The notes under the pieces are model-generated. The model worked only from the letters and a program-made list of their open reading frames with translations, ran no database searches and was not told where the DNA came from. From Gammaproteobacteria bacterium (lineage in GTDB: Bacteria > Pseudomonadota > Gammaproteobacteria > UBA4575), in assembly GCA_965221955.1 (NCBI GenBank), contig CBDCTA010000029.1, positions 32,001 through 96,000 on the forward strand: a stretch of DNA of 64,000 nucleotides, read 5' to 3'. Below, piece after piece: positions 1 to 11,317 of the stretch. Every line of letters begins with the position of its first letter. The first letter of the stretch is position 1. A program made the position numbers and the translations under genes.

Positions 1-247
1 TTTCCTCGAGCTGAACTTTATATAATTCTAAATTGGCAGCTTTTTCGGCCTTGTTTTCAAAAGTAGTTTTAAGCTCAATTTCTTTTGCTTGAACTCTTTT
101 TAGGTCTTCTAATTGGTTCTTATGATGCAACCAATAGCCAGCAAACAGGATGGCAATACAAACCAAACCTATTAGTAACACCTTTACCCATAAAGGCGAG
201 GTCCCAATATTGGTTAGATTAACATTCTTTAGTTCTGCAAAATCCAT
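1..247 (-). CDS. pilO: Type IV pilus inner-membrane protein PilO (N-terminal part, runs off window)
   Basis: ATG at 247 directly after the pilN stop. Reads MDFAELKNVNLTNIGTSPLWVKGVLLIGLVCIAILFAGYW...ELKTTFENKAEKAANLELYK; pilMNO order. Confidence 0.9.
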   Translation of the reverse strand, partial: MDFAELKNVNLTNIGTSPLWVKVLLIGLVCIAILFAGYWLHHKNQLEDLKRVQAKEIELKTTFENKAEKAANLELYKVQLEE

Positions 248-811
248 CTATTCTTCTTGCTCTTCAATGTTTGGGTTGATCTGCTGAGCAGTCATATTGA
301 ATCTACTAATGCGTGCAAGCTCTGTTTCCTTAGTTTCGATCACACCTAAGCTTGGTTTAGCCAACCATTCAGAGTCTTCGATTTTGCGCATATAAGATGA
401 CACACGCGCATTGGACTCAGCTTGTCCTGATAATTGCAAGTTATTGCCAGACTGTTTAAGACTAGAAAGATGCAAGCCTTCAGGCAATGTTTTCACTAGC
501 TCATCAAACAAATGCACTACACCAGGACGTGCAGCTTGTAGATTTTGAATTACATCCATACGCTCAATCAGTGCTTGTCTTGTAGAATCTAATTTTTTGA
601 TTTCTGCAATTTGCCCATCTAATACTTTAATTTCATTGGTAATGAATTGGTTGCGTTTTTCTTGATGTGAAATTCTGCCATTGATTTCAAAATGTGTGAG
701 CAAAACCACAGCAGCACAAAGTGCACCTGCTAAACCCATTAGAGTAAAAAATTCTTTTTGTTGCTCTCGTCTGCGCGTTTCTCGCCAAGGTAATAAATTA
801 ATTCTAGCCAT
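248..811 (-). CDS. pilN: Type IV pilus assembly protein PilN
   Basis: MARINLLPWRE motif, single TM helix, coiled coil; downstream of pilM. Confidence 0.95.
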   Translation of the reverse strand: MARINLLPWRETRRREQQKEFFTLMGLAGALCAAVVLLTHFEINGRISHQEKRNQFITNEIKVLDGQIAEIKKLDSTRQALIERMDVIQNLQAARPGVVHLFDELVKTLPEGLHLSSLKQSGNNLQLSGQAESNARVSSYMRKIEDSEWLAKPSLGVIETKETELARISRFNMTAQQINPNIEEQEE

Positions 812-825
812 TACGTTTTATCCCC

Positions 826-1887
826 TTAATCAAACGCTCTAAGAGCTAGGCCACATGCGATTAACATCGAAGCGGCATCACTACCTAATGATTGCGGATT
901 AATTTTGGAGCCAAGTGAAAGATGACTAAAAGGATTTGCGACAGTGGTTTTTATACCAGTTTCGTTAGCAATTTTTTCATCTAATCCAGGAATCGCAGCG
1001 CAGCCCCCCGCCAGTAGCAAATGATCCACGGTTACATGTTGGCTGGCTGAATAATAAAATTGTAAAAAACGGTTCGCTTGTTGTGCTGCAGTATTTTTAA
1101 ATGGCTCAAGTAAATCTGACACATAGTTTTCTGGTAAACCACCTTCTTTCTTGGCCAAGCCTGCTTCTTCAAATGTCAGACCATATTGATGCATAATTTC
1201 TTCGGTGAGCTGTTTACCTCCAAAAGGTTGCTCACGGGTGTACACCATTTTATGGTCATCTAATACATTTAGACTTGTCATGGTGGCACCAATGTCAAGT
1301 ATCGCAACAGTTTTGTCGCGACCGCGATCTTCAATGCCTTCGGTTAAGATGGGGAATACATTTTCTATTGCATAGGCCTCAACGTCCACAACGATAGGCG
1401 TGAGACCGGCTGCTTCTGCTGCTGCTACACGCATATCGACATTTTCACTACGAGATGCAGCAAGTAATACGTCAATTGTTTCTGGATTGTCTTCAGTAGG
1501 ACCTAAGATATCAAAATCTAGGTTGACCTCTTCTAAGGCATAGGGAATATATTGATCAGCCTCTAATTGAATTTGGCCTTCAAGATCTTCTTCGCCTAAA
1601 TTAGCGGGCATAGTAATGACTTTGGTAATTACAGCGGATCCTGCTACTGCTAAACAGCAGTTTTTTGCTTTGGAACTAGACTTCTTCATCACCTGTCTAA
1701 TGCTTTCACCGACGGCATCTACATCTGAGATGACTTTTTCAGTAACCGCATTTGACGGCAGGGGTTCTACGCCATAATGATCTACTCGATAGCCATTACT
1801 CGTCTGAGAAAATTCCATCGCCTTAACCGATGATGAACTAATATCTAGTCCAACAACAGGGCCTTTATTTCTATTGAAAAACAACAC
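826..1887 (-). CDS. pilM: Type IV pilus assembly protein PilM
   Basis: Actin-like motifs GLDISSSSVK, DIGATMT, LAGGCA; C-terminal GLALRAFD; divergent from mrcA. Confidence 0.96.
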   Translation of the reverse strand: MLFFNRNKGPVVGLDISSSSVKAMEFSQTSNGYRVDHYGVEPLPSNAVTEKVISDVDAVGESIRQVMKKSSSKAKNCCLAVAGSAVITKVITMPANLGEEDLEGQIQLEADQYIPYALEEVNLDFDILGPTEDNPETIDVLLAASRSENVDMRVAAAEAAGLTPIVVDVEAYAIENVFPILTEGIEDRGRDKTVAILDIGATMTSLNVLDDHKMVYTREQPFGGKQLTEEIMHQYGLTFEEAGLAKKEGGLPENYVSDLLEPFKNTAAQQANRFLQFYYSASQHVTVDHLLLAGGCAAIPGLDEKIANETGIKTTVANPFSHLSLGSKINPQSLGSDAASMLIACGLALRAFD

Positions 1888-2070
1888 TTTGCTAATAAAT
1901 TATTTAAAAATTGCGATGCTTATAGTTGGCTTATGCATATGTATGTTAGAAACTGTTCGTAACTCTATATCAAATAGAGGGTTTAGCAAAATACTTGCTG
2001 AACCGTCCAATTTAGGTTCTGATACCCAGCTCGTAAGATAACTCACTACAACAGTGTTAATTGTAAGCTT

Positions 2071-4594
2071 ATGCCATTGTTTTTAAAGCTATTCCGCCTA
2101 GTATTCATCGGAATTTTCGGGATTTCCGTCGCAGCGAGCATCGTTATACTTGGTGCGTACCTCTATTTCGCGCCGGGTTTTGCCAAGCGTAGATACCTTA
2201 AAAGATGTCGAATTACAGGTACCTCTCAAGGTCTATAGTCGTGATAGCAAGCTTATCGCGGTTTATGGTGAAAAGCGCCGACAGCCTCTCAATATCGAAG
2301 ATTTCCCAACCCCTGTCATCCAGGCCTTTTTGGCTGCTGAAGATGATCGTTTTTATGAACACCCTGGCGTGGATTATCAGGGTTTGCTGCGTGCCGCTGC
2401 TGAATTCATAAAACACAGGGAAATCAGATCCGGTGGCAGTACCATTACTATGCAATTAGCACGCAATTTTTTTCTAGGTAGTGAAAAAAAACTCGTGCGA
2501 AAAATTCGCGAAATATTCCTCGCGCTTGAAATCGAGCATGTTTTAAAACTCAGTAAAGATGAAATCCTGGAGTTGTATTTAAATAAAATTTATTTAGGGA
2601 ATCGGTCTTATGGAGTGGCAGCTGCGGCAGATGTGTATTACGGCCTAAGTGTTGATGAACTAAATTATGCACAGGTGGCGATGATTGCGGGTTTGCCAAA
2701 GGCCCCTTCGAAATTTAATCCCATAATTAATCCAAGCCGTGCATTGGAACGTCGTGCTTATGTGTTGAAAAGAATGTATAAGCTAAAGTTCATTGATCAA
2801 GAAACTTTTGAGAATTCTAATGCTGCACCCGTAACTGCATCCCGACACTATCCTAAAGTTGAAGTGGATGCACCTTACATTGGTGAAATGGTACGTGCGC
2901 ATATTGTCGATAAATACGGGACTACGGACGCTTATAATAAAGGCTTTCGTGTCTATACTACTATCGACACGCGCCTACAGGCAGCCGCAAGAACAGCATT
3001 GGTAAATGGTTTGCGTGCCTATGATCAGCGCCATGGTTATCGTGGCGCCGAGGCCAGGCTTGATACCATTACGACTGAAGTGGATGAAATTGACGTTGAA
3101 AAACTTGATGAAACGTTAAGTGAAATGTTGGAAGTGGGCGGCTTGATTCCGGGTGTCATTACTTCCGTTACCAAAGACGTAATTCATGTCTATATTGGCG
3201 CAGAACAAACAATCGAAATTACATTGAGCAATGCACTCTGGGCGCGGCCATATTTGAATGAAAATGCAGTTGGCGAGGAGCCAAAAGATTTTACAAAATT
3301 ATTTTCGCAAGGAGATGTTATTCGTGTTGCCACAGAAGATTCAAAACAGTGGCACTTGGCCCAACTTCCAAATGTATCAGGTGCATTGGTTTCGGTGGAC
3401 CCACATGACGGTGGAATTATAGCTTTAGTGGGAGGCTTTGATTATTACTACAGCAAATTCAATCGTGCTATCCAAGCGAGACGTCAACCCGGATCGAGTT
3501 TTAAGCCTTTTATTTATTCGGCCGCGCTTGATTCAGGATATACGCCGGCGAGTATTATTAATGATGCGCCTGTAGTGTTTGAAGATGTTGCATTAGAAGA
3601 TACTTGGCGCCCGCAAAACTACAGTGGAAAGTTTTTTGGGCCAACTCGTTTAAGAGTTGCATTATTCAAGTCGCGCAATATGGTTTCGATTCGCTTATTA
3701 AATGATATGGGTCGACGCCATGCGATGCAGCATGTAACCAAATTTGGGTTTGATCGAGAACGTTTGCCTTACGATTTAACACTGGCATTGGGTTCGGGTG
3801 TGGTGACACCATTGGAATTAGCAACCGGGTATACCGTATTTGCAAATGGTGGTTATTTTATCGAGCCTTACTTAATTGAGCGCATCGAAAGTGACAAAGG
3901 TGAAATTTTATATCAGTCAAGCGAACTCTCTTTTTGTGAGTCTGGTTGCGAAACCTTGCAAAATAATTTAGACGAAGAATTCAGTAAAGTAAGTGATATT
4001 CAAATAACAGATAAACAAGTTAACACTACAACAAAAAGCATTGAGCCATCAGAAGAAGACATAAGTGAAGAACGTGTCGCGATGCGGGTGTTAAAAGAAG
4101 AAAATGCTTACCAAATGGTGAGTATGATGAAAGACGTTATTAAACGAGGAACAGGTACAAAAGCGCGTGAATTAGGAAGGGACGATTTAGCTGGCAAAAC
4201 GGGTACTACTAACGAGCAACATGATGCTTGGTTTAGCGGTTTTAATGGCGATGTAGTGGCTACGGCTTGGGTAGGTTTTGATCAAGATCGGCCTTTAGGT
4301 AAACGCGAAGTCGGTGGCACCGCAGCATTACCGATTTGGATGGAGTATATGCGTGTGGCATTGGAGGGTAGGGTTGAAAATACTTTACAAACTCCGCAAG
4401 GAATTGTAACCATGCGTATTGATCCAAAAACGGGCTTGTTGGTAGATCAAGATAGTAACCGCGGTATAGAGGAAACGTTTCGTGTGCAATTTGTACCCAC
4501 GACAAGTGTTGAAATGGATACTCAAATTACTTTCCAGCACGATAATGACGAACCGAGTGGTGATGTAATAGAGATTCCTGAACAATTATTCTAA
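2071..4594 (+). CDS. mrcA: Penicillin-binding protein 1A (apparent +1 frameshift at T run 2178-2181)
   Basis: Transglycosylase EDDRFYEH and GGSTITMQ; transpeptidase SSFK, SRN, KTG. The N-terminal TM anchor (MPLFLKLFRLVFIGIFGISVAASIVILGAYLYFAPG) starts at ATG 2071 in a different frame from the ORF 2150-4594. Confidence 0.93.
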
Positions 4595-4633
4595 CTATAA
4601 AATCTTAGAAAGCTTTTATCTTTATAGTAAAAA

Positions 4634-5248
4634 GTGAAAGTCGATAAAAAAACCAATCGTTTTAAAGTTGACCGCTTGAGACAAGCGCTTGCAAATGAAA
4701 CTGCAAAAATTATCACGCTTGAAGGGGTTAAAGATTTTCACCGCGCAAAGATAAAAGCCAGTGAGCGTTTAGGGAATTCTCAATACGGTTCACTGCCAAG
4801 CAATTTCGAAATTGGACAAGCCATTACTTCATTTCAAAATACTTTCCTACCTGAATTCCAAGAAATAATTACGAGCCAACGCCATGTTGCCTTAAAGGTA
4901 ATGCAATGGTTACAAAGTTATACGCCTTTTTTAGTGGGGTCAGTTTTAGAGGGTAATTCTGGTGTGAGTAATCCTGTTAGCCTCCATGTTTCAAGTGACA
5001 CGGTAGAGTGTGTTATAGATACTCTTCAGGATAAAGATGTAAATATAGAAATTACTCAGCGAAGATTAAAATTAAATAATGACTTTGTATTCATACCAAC
5101 GATAAATTTTGAATATCAAAATTTTGAAATAGAAGTGTTGGTGTTTTCTTTGCGTCAACAACATCAACATCCAAAAAGTAAAAGTCAGAATGGTGGTATG
5201 AAAAGGATAAATATAAAGGGCTTGGAGCAATTGCTTGCAGAAAATTAA
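4634..5248 (+). CDS. Conserved hypothetical protein, nucleotidyltransferase-like fold
   Basis: 204-aa ORF with an LVGSVLEG motif resembling the GS motif of polbeta-type nucleotidyltransferases. Confidence 0.65.
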   Translation: MKVDKKTNRFKVDRLRQALANETAKIITLEGVKDFHRAKIKASERLGNSQYGSLPSNFEIGQAITSFQNTFLPEFQEIITSQRHVALKVMQWLQSYTPFLVGSVLEGNSGVSNPVSLHVSSDTVECVIDTLQDKDVNIEITQRRLKLNNDFVFIPTINFEYQNFEIEVLVFSLRQQHQHPKSKSQNGGMKRINIKGLEQLLAEN

Positions 5249-5259
5249 ATTAGAACGCT

Positions 5260-6322
5260 TTAATGATAGGCGGGACTAAATTCCTTCACGGCTTCAACCA
5301 AAACGGTGACTTTTTCTGGATCTACATATTGTTGAATACCATGACCTAGGTTTAATACATGACCATTTCCCTTGCCAAATTTATTCAGCACCTTTTTAAC
5401 CTCATCACGAATTACGGCATCACTACCGTATAACACACAAGGATCTAAGTTACCTTGTAAGGCTACTTGGTTGCCGACTTGCGCACGAGCGAGATCAATT
5501 TCCGTAGTCCAATCCAACCCTAGTGCATCACAACCTGTGGCGGCCATTTCATTTAGCCAATTACCTCCACCTTTAGTAAATAAAACAATCGGTATATTTT
5601 TTGCTGAAGACTTGGCTTTAAGTTCTTGCACAATTTTCTGCATTGGAGCAAGGGAATACTGAAGATATTTTTCTTTTGATAGCACTCCACCCCAAGTATC
5701 AAAGATCATTACCGCTTGTGCGCCAGCATCAATTTGCGCTGCTAAATAATTTGTCACCGAATCACTTAATACATTTAATAACTTTTCTAAGGTTTCGGAT
5801 TCTTGGTACAGCATACCTTTTACTTTATGAAATTCTTTGCTGCCTTTACCTCTCGACCATATAAGTTGCTAATGTCCAGGGGCTACCTGAAAAACCAATC
5901 AATGGCACACGGCCATCAAGCTCTTTACGGATTAAGCGGACTGCATCCATCACATAACTCAATTCATTAACAGGAGTTAGAGTGCTTATGCGTTCTACAT
6001 CAGACATGCAAGTGATAGGCGTTTTAAAGCTTGGTCCTTCACCTTCACTAAACTGCAAACCTAAACCTAAAGCATCCGGAATCGTTAGGATATCTGAAAA
6101 TAAAATTGCCGCATCTAATTCATAACGGTCAATCGGTTGCATAGTGACCTCACACGCCAACTCTGGAGTTTTGCATAAAGCTAAAAAATCACCAGCGCGT
6201 TTTCGTGTGGCACGATATTCAGGTAGATAGCGGCCTGCCTGGCGCATGATCCACATAGGTGTTCGTTCTACAGGTTTGCGTAGCAATGCACGTAGAAAGA
6301 GGTCATTTTTTAAATCTGACAT
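5260..6322 (-). CDS. hemE: Uroporphyrinogen decarboxylase (apparent 1-nt insertion near 5851 splits it into two ORFs)
   Basis: [13 protein letters not shown] and [14 protein letters not shown] in ORF 5846-6322; IFDTWGG and NLGHGI in ORF 5260-5814. Removing one base gives continuous [18 protein letters not shown]. Confidence 0.93.
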
Positions 6323-6398
6323 GATTAAGAGATTAGAAGCTTAGCCCTGAAATTGTAAGGGCTACTATATCAATGTTGATGAATAAATTAGAGCTTGC

Positions 6399-6845
6399 TT
6401 AGGATAAGGCAGATTTGATCTTGGCACTAACGGCACCCATATCTGCTCGTCCGGCTAATTTGGGCTTCAATAAACCCATCACTTTACCCATATCTTTAAT
6501 GCTTGTAGCACCTGATTCCGATAGTGCATCCGCAATCAAACTATTAATTTCGGTAGTACTAAGTGCTTCAGGTAAATATTCGCTGATTACTTCTAGTTCC
6601 TGATTTTCTTTATCGACTAAATCTTGTCGACCGGCTTTTTCAAATTGACTAATGGATTCGCGACGTTGTTTTTGCATTTTTGTGAGTGATGCAATGACGT
6701 CATCATCTGTTTGTTCTTTGCGCGTATCTACTTCTTGTTGCTTAATCGCAGAAAGAATAAGGCGGATGGTTTGTAAGCGTGATTTATCACCATTGCGCAT
6801 AGCGGATTTCATGTCTTCGGTAAGTTTGGCCTTGAGACTAGACAT
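6399..6845 (-). CDS. yqeY: GatB/YqeY domain protein
   Basis: KQRRESISQF and KDMGKVMG motifs; downstream of rpsU. Confidence 0.92.
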   Translation of the reverse strand: MSSLKAKLTEDMKSAMRNGDKSRLQTIRLILSAIKQQEVDTRKEQTDDDVIASLTKMQKQRRESISQFEKAGRQDLVDKENQELEVISEYLPEALSTTEINSLIADALSESGATSIKDMGKVMGLLKPKLAGRADMGAVSAKIKSALS

Positions 6846-6883
6846 GCTGGGATAGGCACCTGGTGGTGCTAAAAAGTTTTGCT

Positions 6884-7099
6884 CTAGTAAAGACGGCGCC
6901 GGCGTAAGCTAGTACGTGCTACGCGCTTAAGATTACGCTTTACCGCAGCAGCAGCTTTACGCTTACGGATTTCAGTAGGTTTTTCATAGGCTTCACGGCG
7001 ACGTACTTCGGTCACTGTACCTGCTTTTTCACAAGAACGACGAAAGCGTCGTAGTGCGAAATCAAAAGGTTCGTTCTCTTTTACGCGAATACCAGGCAT
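6884..7099 (-). CDS. rpsU: 30S ribosomal protein S21
   Basis: [27 protein letters not shown]...YEKPT; start at ATG 7099. Confidence 0.97.
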   Translation of the reverse strand: MPGIRVKENEPFDFALRRFRRSCEKAGTVTEVRRREAYEKPTEIRKRKAAAAVKRNLKRVARTSLRRRRLY

Positions 7100-7269
7100 A
7101 TGAATAACTGTTCTGCTCAATTAAAAAATGAGCCGCGATTATACAGACGGTACCCCCAATATCAAATTACACCTAAGAGTATGGGCTTGATTATCCAATT
7201 TGGCCCTATAGATAGGTATAAATGCGTTAAATATATGCCAAATTTCTTAATTAACGTGATAATGGCTTA

Positions 7270-8295
7270 ATGCATGTACTAGGAATTGAAACTTCATGTG
7301 ACGAGACGGCAGCAGCCATCCTCAGTGATACGAAGGGACTGCTCGCCAATCAACTCTATTCGCAAACAGCCCTACACAGCCCATATGGTGGGGTGGTGCC
7401 AGAGCTCGCATCGCGTGACCACATTCGCAAATTAGGCCCACTAGTAGAAGAAACACTGTATTCAGCAGGGCTGCAATTGAACCAAGATATTGATGCGATT
7501 GCGTACACCTCGGGTCCAGGCTTAATGGGGGCTTTAATGGTGGGGGCTGGATTTGCGCGCAGTTTAGCTTGGTCAATTGGGAAACCCGCTGTTGCCATTC
7601 ACCATATGGAAGCACATCTTTTGGCACCGCTGATTGAAAATATTGCACCGCAGTTTCCATATGTGGCCTTGTTGGTTTCGGGTGGGCATACATTATTAGT
7701 ACAAATTAATGCCATCGGTAATTATAAGATTTTGGGTGAGAGTATTGATGATGCCGTGGGTGAAGCCTTTGATAAGGCAGCACAAATGCTGGGGCTACCT
7801 TATCCAGGTGGTCCGGAGATTGCGCGCCTAGCTTTGCAAGGAGATCCACAACGGTTTTCATTTCCTAGACCGATGACGGATCGACCAGGATTAGATTTCA
7901 GTTTTAGTGGAATAAAAACGCATGTATTAAATACACTAAAACAACTTCCTAAAGTAGATGAACAAACACGTGCAGATGTGGCTTGTGCATTTGAAGACGC
8001 TATCGTTGATACATTGAGAATTAAATCTTTAAGAGCGCTAGAACAAAGCCAAGCTAAGACATTAGTGGTTGCGGGAGGTGTAGGTGCGAATAAAAAATTG
8101 CGGCAACAATTAAAGTTAAAACTTAAACAAAAAGGTTTAGAAGTTTTTTATCCCGCACCTGAATTTTGTACGGATAACGCTGCGATGGTAGCGCAACTAG
8201 GATTGCTTAGGTTAGATAAAATTCGTTCAGAGACTAGTTCTTTATCAGAACTAGCAATCCATGTTCACCCACGCTGGTCCTTAGAAAATATATAA
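7270..8295 (+). CDS. tsaD: tRNA threonylcarbamoyltransferase TsaD
   Basis: [39 protein letters not shown]; divergent from rpsU. Confidence 0.97.
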   Translation: MHVLGIETSCDETAAAILSDTKGLLANQLYSQTALHSPYGGVVPELASRDHIRKLGPLVEETLYSAGLQLNQDIDAIAYTSGPGLMGALMVGAGFARSLAWSIGKPAVAIHHMEAHLLAPLIENIAPQFPYVALLVSGGHTLLVQINAIGNYKILGESIDDAVGEAFDKAAQMLGLPYPGGPEIARLALQGDPQRFSFPRPMTDRPGLDFSFSGIKTHVLNTLKQLPKVDEQTRADVACAFEDAIVDTLRIKSLRALEQSQAKTLVVAGGVGANKKLRQQLKLKLKQKGLEVFYPAPEFCTDNAAMVAQLGLLRLDKIRSETSSLSELAIHVHPRWSLENI

Positions 8296-8321
8296 AAAAT
8301 AGTTTCAAAACTCTATCGCTG

Positions 8322-8942
8322 TTATTTTTTTGCCCCAATTCGTGATTCATTTCCGGATAATAAATTTTTAATATTTTCACGGTGTCGCCAAAATACAAAT
8401 ACAGTAATAACCGCAATTGCAGCAACAATTAAAAAATTATTTTCACGATAAGCTGTCCAGCTCTCCATTGTGAACCAACTTGTTCCCAGTGTTATCAGAG
8501 TGGCTACGAGTGCCGCAAGAGAAGAGTATCGAAACAGCAGAGCAACGAATAACCAAAGTGAGATCCAAATGATTGCTAAAAACCAATCGAATCCAAATAA
8601 CACGCCCAAAGTCGTTGCTACACCTTTGCCGCCTTGAAATCGGTAATACAATGGGTACATATGTCCGAGTAATGCAGCGATTCCAGTTGCGGCTACAAGC
8701 ATTGTGTTTGCTGTTAATAGCTCAACCAGCAACACGGGTAGCAAGCCTTTGAGTAAATCACCCATTAAAGTAATCGCAGCAGCTAATTTATTGCCGGTGC
8801 GTAACACATTGGTTGCTCCAGGATTACCCGAGCCTAAACTTCGCGGGTCAGGTAAACTAAACACTTTGCTGACAATGATGGCGCTATTAATCGAACCTAA
8901 TAAATAAGCGCCTAAAACATATAAAATTTGTAAGCTGTCCAT
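8322..8942 (-). CDS. plsY: Glycerol-3-phosphate acyltransferase PlsY
   Basis: GSGNPGATNVLR, GHMYP, FQGGKGVAT, RHRENI. Confidence 0.96.
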   Translation of the reverse strand: MDSLQILYVLGAYLLGSINSAIIVSKVFSLPDPRSLGSGNPGATNVLRTGNKLAAAITLMGDLLKGLLPVLLVELLTANTMLVAATGIAALLGHMYPLYYRFQGGKGVATTLGVLFGFDWFLAIIWISLWLFVALLFRYSSLAALVATLITLGTSWFTMESWTAYRENNFLIVAAIAVITVFVFWRHRENIKNLLSGNESRIGAKK

Positions 8943-8948
8943 AACACC

Positions 8949-9719
8949 ATGTCTACGTTACATGTTTCAAAGTTTGTCGAATCTGAGCGTGCACCTATTT
9001 TAGTATTGTTACATGGATGGGGCTCTAATTCTAAAATTTGGCACTCTTGTATTGCTACGTTAAGCAAAGAATTCCAAATATGGTGTATAGATCTGCCAGG
9101 ACATGGAAAATCACAGTCTCTATCTTGGGATGCTAGTATCGATCAAGGCTTGGACTTATTATCTAATGCTTTGCCTAAAGAGAGTTCTATAGTGGGCTGG
9201 TCTCTTGGCGGCTTATTTGCACAATTGTTTTTAAAACATTATCCGCAACGTGTGCAAAACTTGATGTTAATTGCGAGCACACCTAAATTTGTTGCGAGCA
9301 AGAATTGGTTGCATGGCATGCCTACAAAAACATTTGAGAAATTTTCTCAAAGCTATACGACTTCACCTCAGAAAACTTTAAAAAAGTTTCACGCATTGCA
9401 AGCCTTACATGGTTTGAATGCCAGGCAAGTTATGCAACAGCTTAATCAATCATTGGAAACTCAATCAATGCTAGAAATTGCTTGGGGCTTGCAATGGTTA
9501 GCTCAAGTAGATTTGCGTGAAAGTAATCTTGCAGAAAATATTATTGTTCATATGCTACAAGGAGAGAATGATCAGGTTGTATCTGTAGACGCTGCAAAAG
9601 ATGCGGCATGCCTATGGGATAATATTACATTGCATAAAATTGCTGGCGCTGGACACGTGCCCTTTTTGTCGCACCCAAAAACTTTTATCGAGAAAGTGCA
9701 GTTGATGATGCAAGCCTAA
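8949..9719 (+). CDS. bioH: Pimeloyl-ACP methyl ester carboxylesterase BioH
   Basis: LLHGWG, DLPGHG, GWSLGG, GHVPFLSHP; upstream of bioC. Confidence 0.88.
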   Translation: MSTLHVSKFVESERAPILVLLHGWGSNSKIWHSCIATLSKEFQIWCIDLPGHGKSQSLSWDASIDQGLDLLSNALPKESSIVGWSLGGLFAQLFLKHYPQRVQNLMLIASTPKFVASKNWLHGMPTKTFEKFSQSYTTSPQKTLKKFHALQALHGLNARQVMQQLNQSLETQSMLEIAWGLQWLAQVDLRESNLAENIIVHMLQGENDQVVSVDAAKDAACLWDNITLHKIAGAGHVPFLSHPKTFIEKVQLMMQA

Positions 9720-9729
9720 TATACTTATA

Positions 9730-10572
9730 TTGATGTCGATGTTGAGTAAAAAACGTATACGCGAAGATTTTTCTAAGGCTGCAAATACTTATGATGCAGC
9801 AGCAGTGGTGCAAGAAGAAATTTGCGATCGGGCCCTAGAGCGCTTGCAAATGCTAAAGCTACAACCCAAGACCATATTAGATGTAGGCAGTGGGACTGGT
9901 AGGAGTGTTAGTGGCCTACAAAAATTATTTCCACACAGCAAGGTCATTGCATGTGATCTTGCTTTACCCATGTTGTTGCAAAATCAAACTGCATTATCAG
10001 TTTGTGGGGATGCAGAGCATCTTGCGATAAAAAAATCATCAGTTGATTTAATTTTCTCAACCTCAACGTTTCAGTGGTGTGAAGATTTGGCACAAGTGTT
10101 TAGCGAGTGTTTTCGAGTGTTAAAAAAACAAGGCGCAATGGTTTTTTCCACTTTTGGACCTGATACCCTGGTTGAGTTGCGCCAAAGCTGGATGCAAGTT
10201 GATCAAAGTCATCATGTACATAGCTTTATCGATATGCACCATATTGGCGATATATTGTTGGCAAATCGCTTTATGGATCCAGTAGTGGATAGAGAAACGA
10301 TCATCATTGAATATCAGAAATTTCGTCAACTGCTCGCAGATTTAAAAGACACAGGCAGTCGAGGCAAGTTCTCTACAAGAGAGGATAACTTCTCAGCAGG
10401 GCTTACTGGCAAGGCAAAATTTCATCAGCTACAAACTGCGTACGAAACCTTTCGTCAAAAAAACGGCTTGTTGCCGGCTAGTTACGAAGTCATTTACGGC
10501 TATGCGTGTAAACCAAATGTACAAGCATCAGCAAGTGGAGAAATAAGAATCTCGGTCGATAACATTCAATAG
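9730..10572 (+). CDS. bioC: Malonyl-ACP O-methyltransferase BioC
   Basis: FSKAANTYD, LDVGSGTG, FSTFGPDTLVEL, FIDMHHIGD, YEVIYG. Confidence 0.93.
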   Translation: MMSMLSKKRIREDFSKAANTYDAAAVVQEEICDRALERLQMLKLQPKTILDVGSGTGRSVSGLQKLFPHSKVIACDLALPMLLQNQTALSVCGDAEHLAIKKSSVDLIFSTSTFQWCEDLAQVFSECFRVLKKQGAMVFSTFGPDTLVELRQSWMQVDQSHHVHSFIDMHHIGDILLANRFMDPVVDRETIIIEYQKFRQLLADLKDTGSRGKFSTREDNFSAGLTGKAKFHQLQTAYETFRQKNGLLPASYEVIYGYACKPNVQASASGEIRISVDNIQ

Positions 10573-10793
10573 CTTTACGAGGCTATAGAATAGTATCCAG
10601 GCTTATAACTGACATTAATGGCAATATTAATGATCGGTAGAACTATCTCTATTGCCCTGGGGTGCTAGGCATGACTTTTTCTGATTGAGAGATACAATTG
10701 TAGCGCGGGAAATTGTTAGATTTATCATCGCTCAAAGATTTAAATCGAGCTGTATTTTTTGGAAAAGGAATTTACAACTAAGGGAATTATGAT

Positions 10794-11285
10794 TTGGCCA
10801 CAGCTACTGATATAGATCATGAACTTGAAGGTCCAAAACAGTTTATAGTTCGGCACAATCAGTCCCTTTCGTGGCACGGTAATAAAATTTTCATACTCTA
10901 TATCGGTATTTTGTCGCTCGGTATCGCAGGTATATTTGCTTTACAAGGATTATGGCTGGTTCTACCCTTCGCAGGGCTAGAAATAATCGCGTTAACTATT
11001 GGTTTGTATATATGTTGTTTGCGAAATCGCCGTCAAGAAGTTATCACTATTGATGAAAGAGCCCTTACTGTAGAGAAAGGAGCGCAACAGCCTCAAGAAG
11101 TTTGGAAATTTGATCGAGCATGGGTCAACTTGGAGCTACAAAATGCAAAGTTTCAAGGTCATCCGAGCAAGTTATTAATACGCTCAAAAGGTAAACAAAT
11201 TGAAATTGGTGAATATTTAACGAATAAAGAGAGAAAAAGTTTAGCGATCTCCTTAGGCAAAGCTTTAAACACTACACTTAATTAA
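10794..11285 (+). CDS. DUF2244 family membrane protein
   Basis: GLWLVLPFAGLE and IEIGEYL motifs; usual neighbour upstream of coxB. Start uncertain. Confidence 0.85.
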   Translation: MATATDIDHELEGPKQFIVRHNQSLSWHGNKIFILYIGILSLGIAGIFALQGLWLVLPFAGLEIIALTIGLYICCLRNRRQEVITIDERALTVEKGAQQPQEVWKFDRAWVNLELQNAKFQGHPSKLLIRSKGKQIEIGEYLTNKERKSLAISLGKALNTTLN

Positions 11286-11317
11286 AAGTTAACGATTTTC
11301 ATAATAGGAAGTAATAA

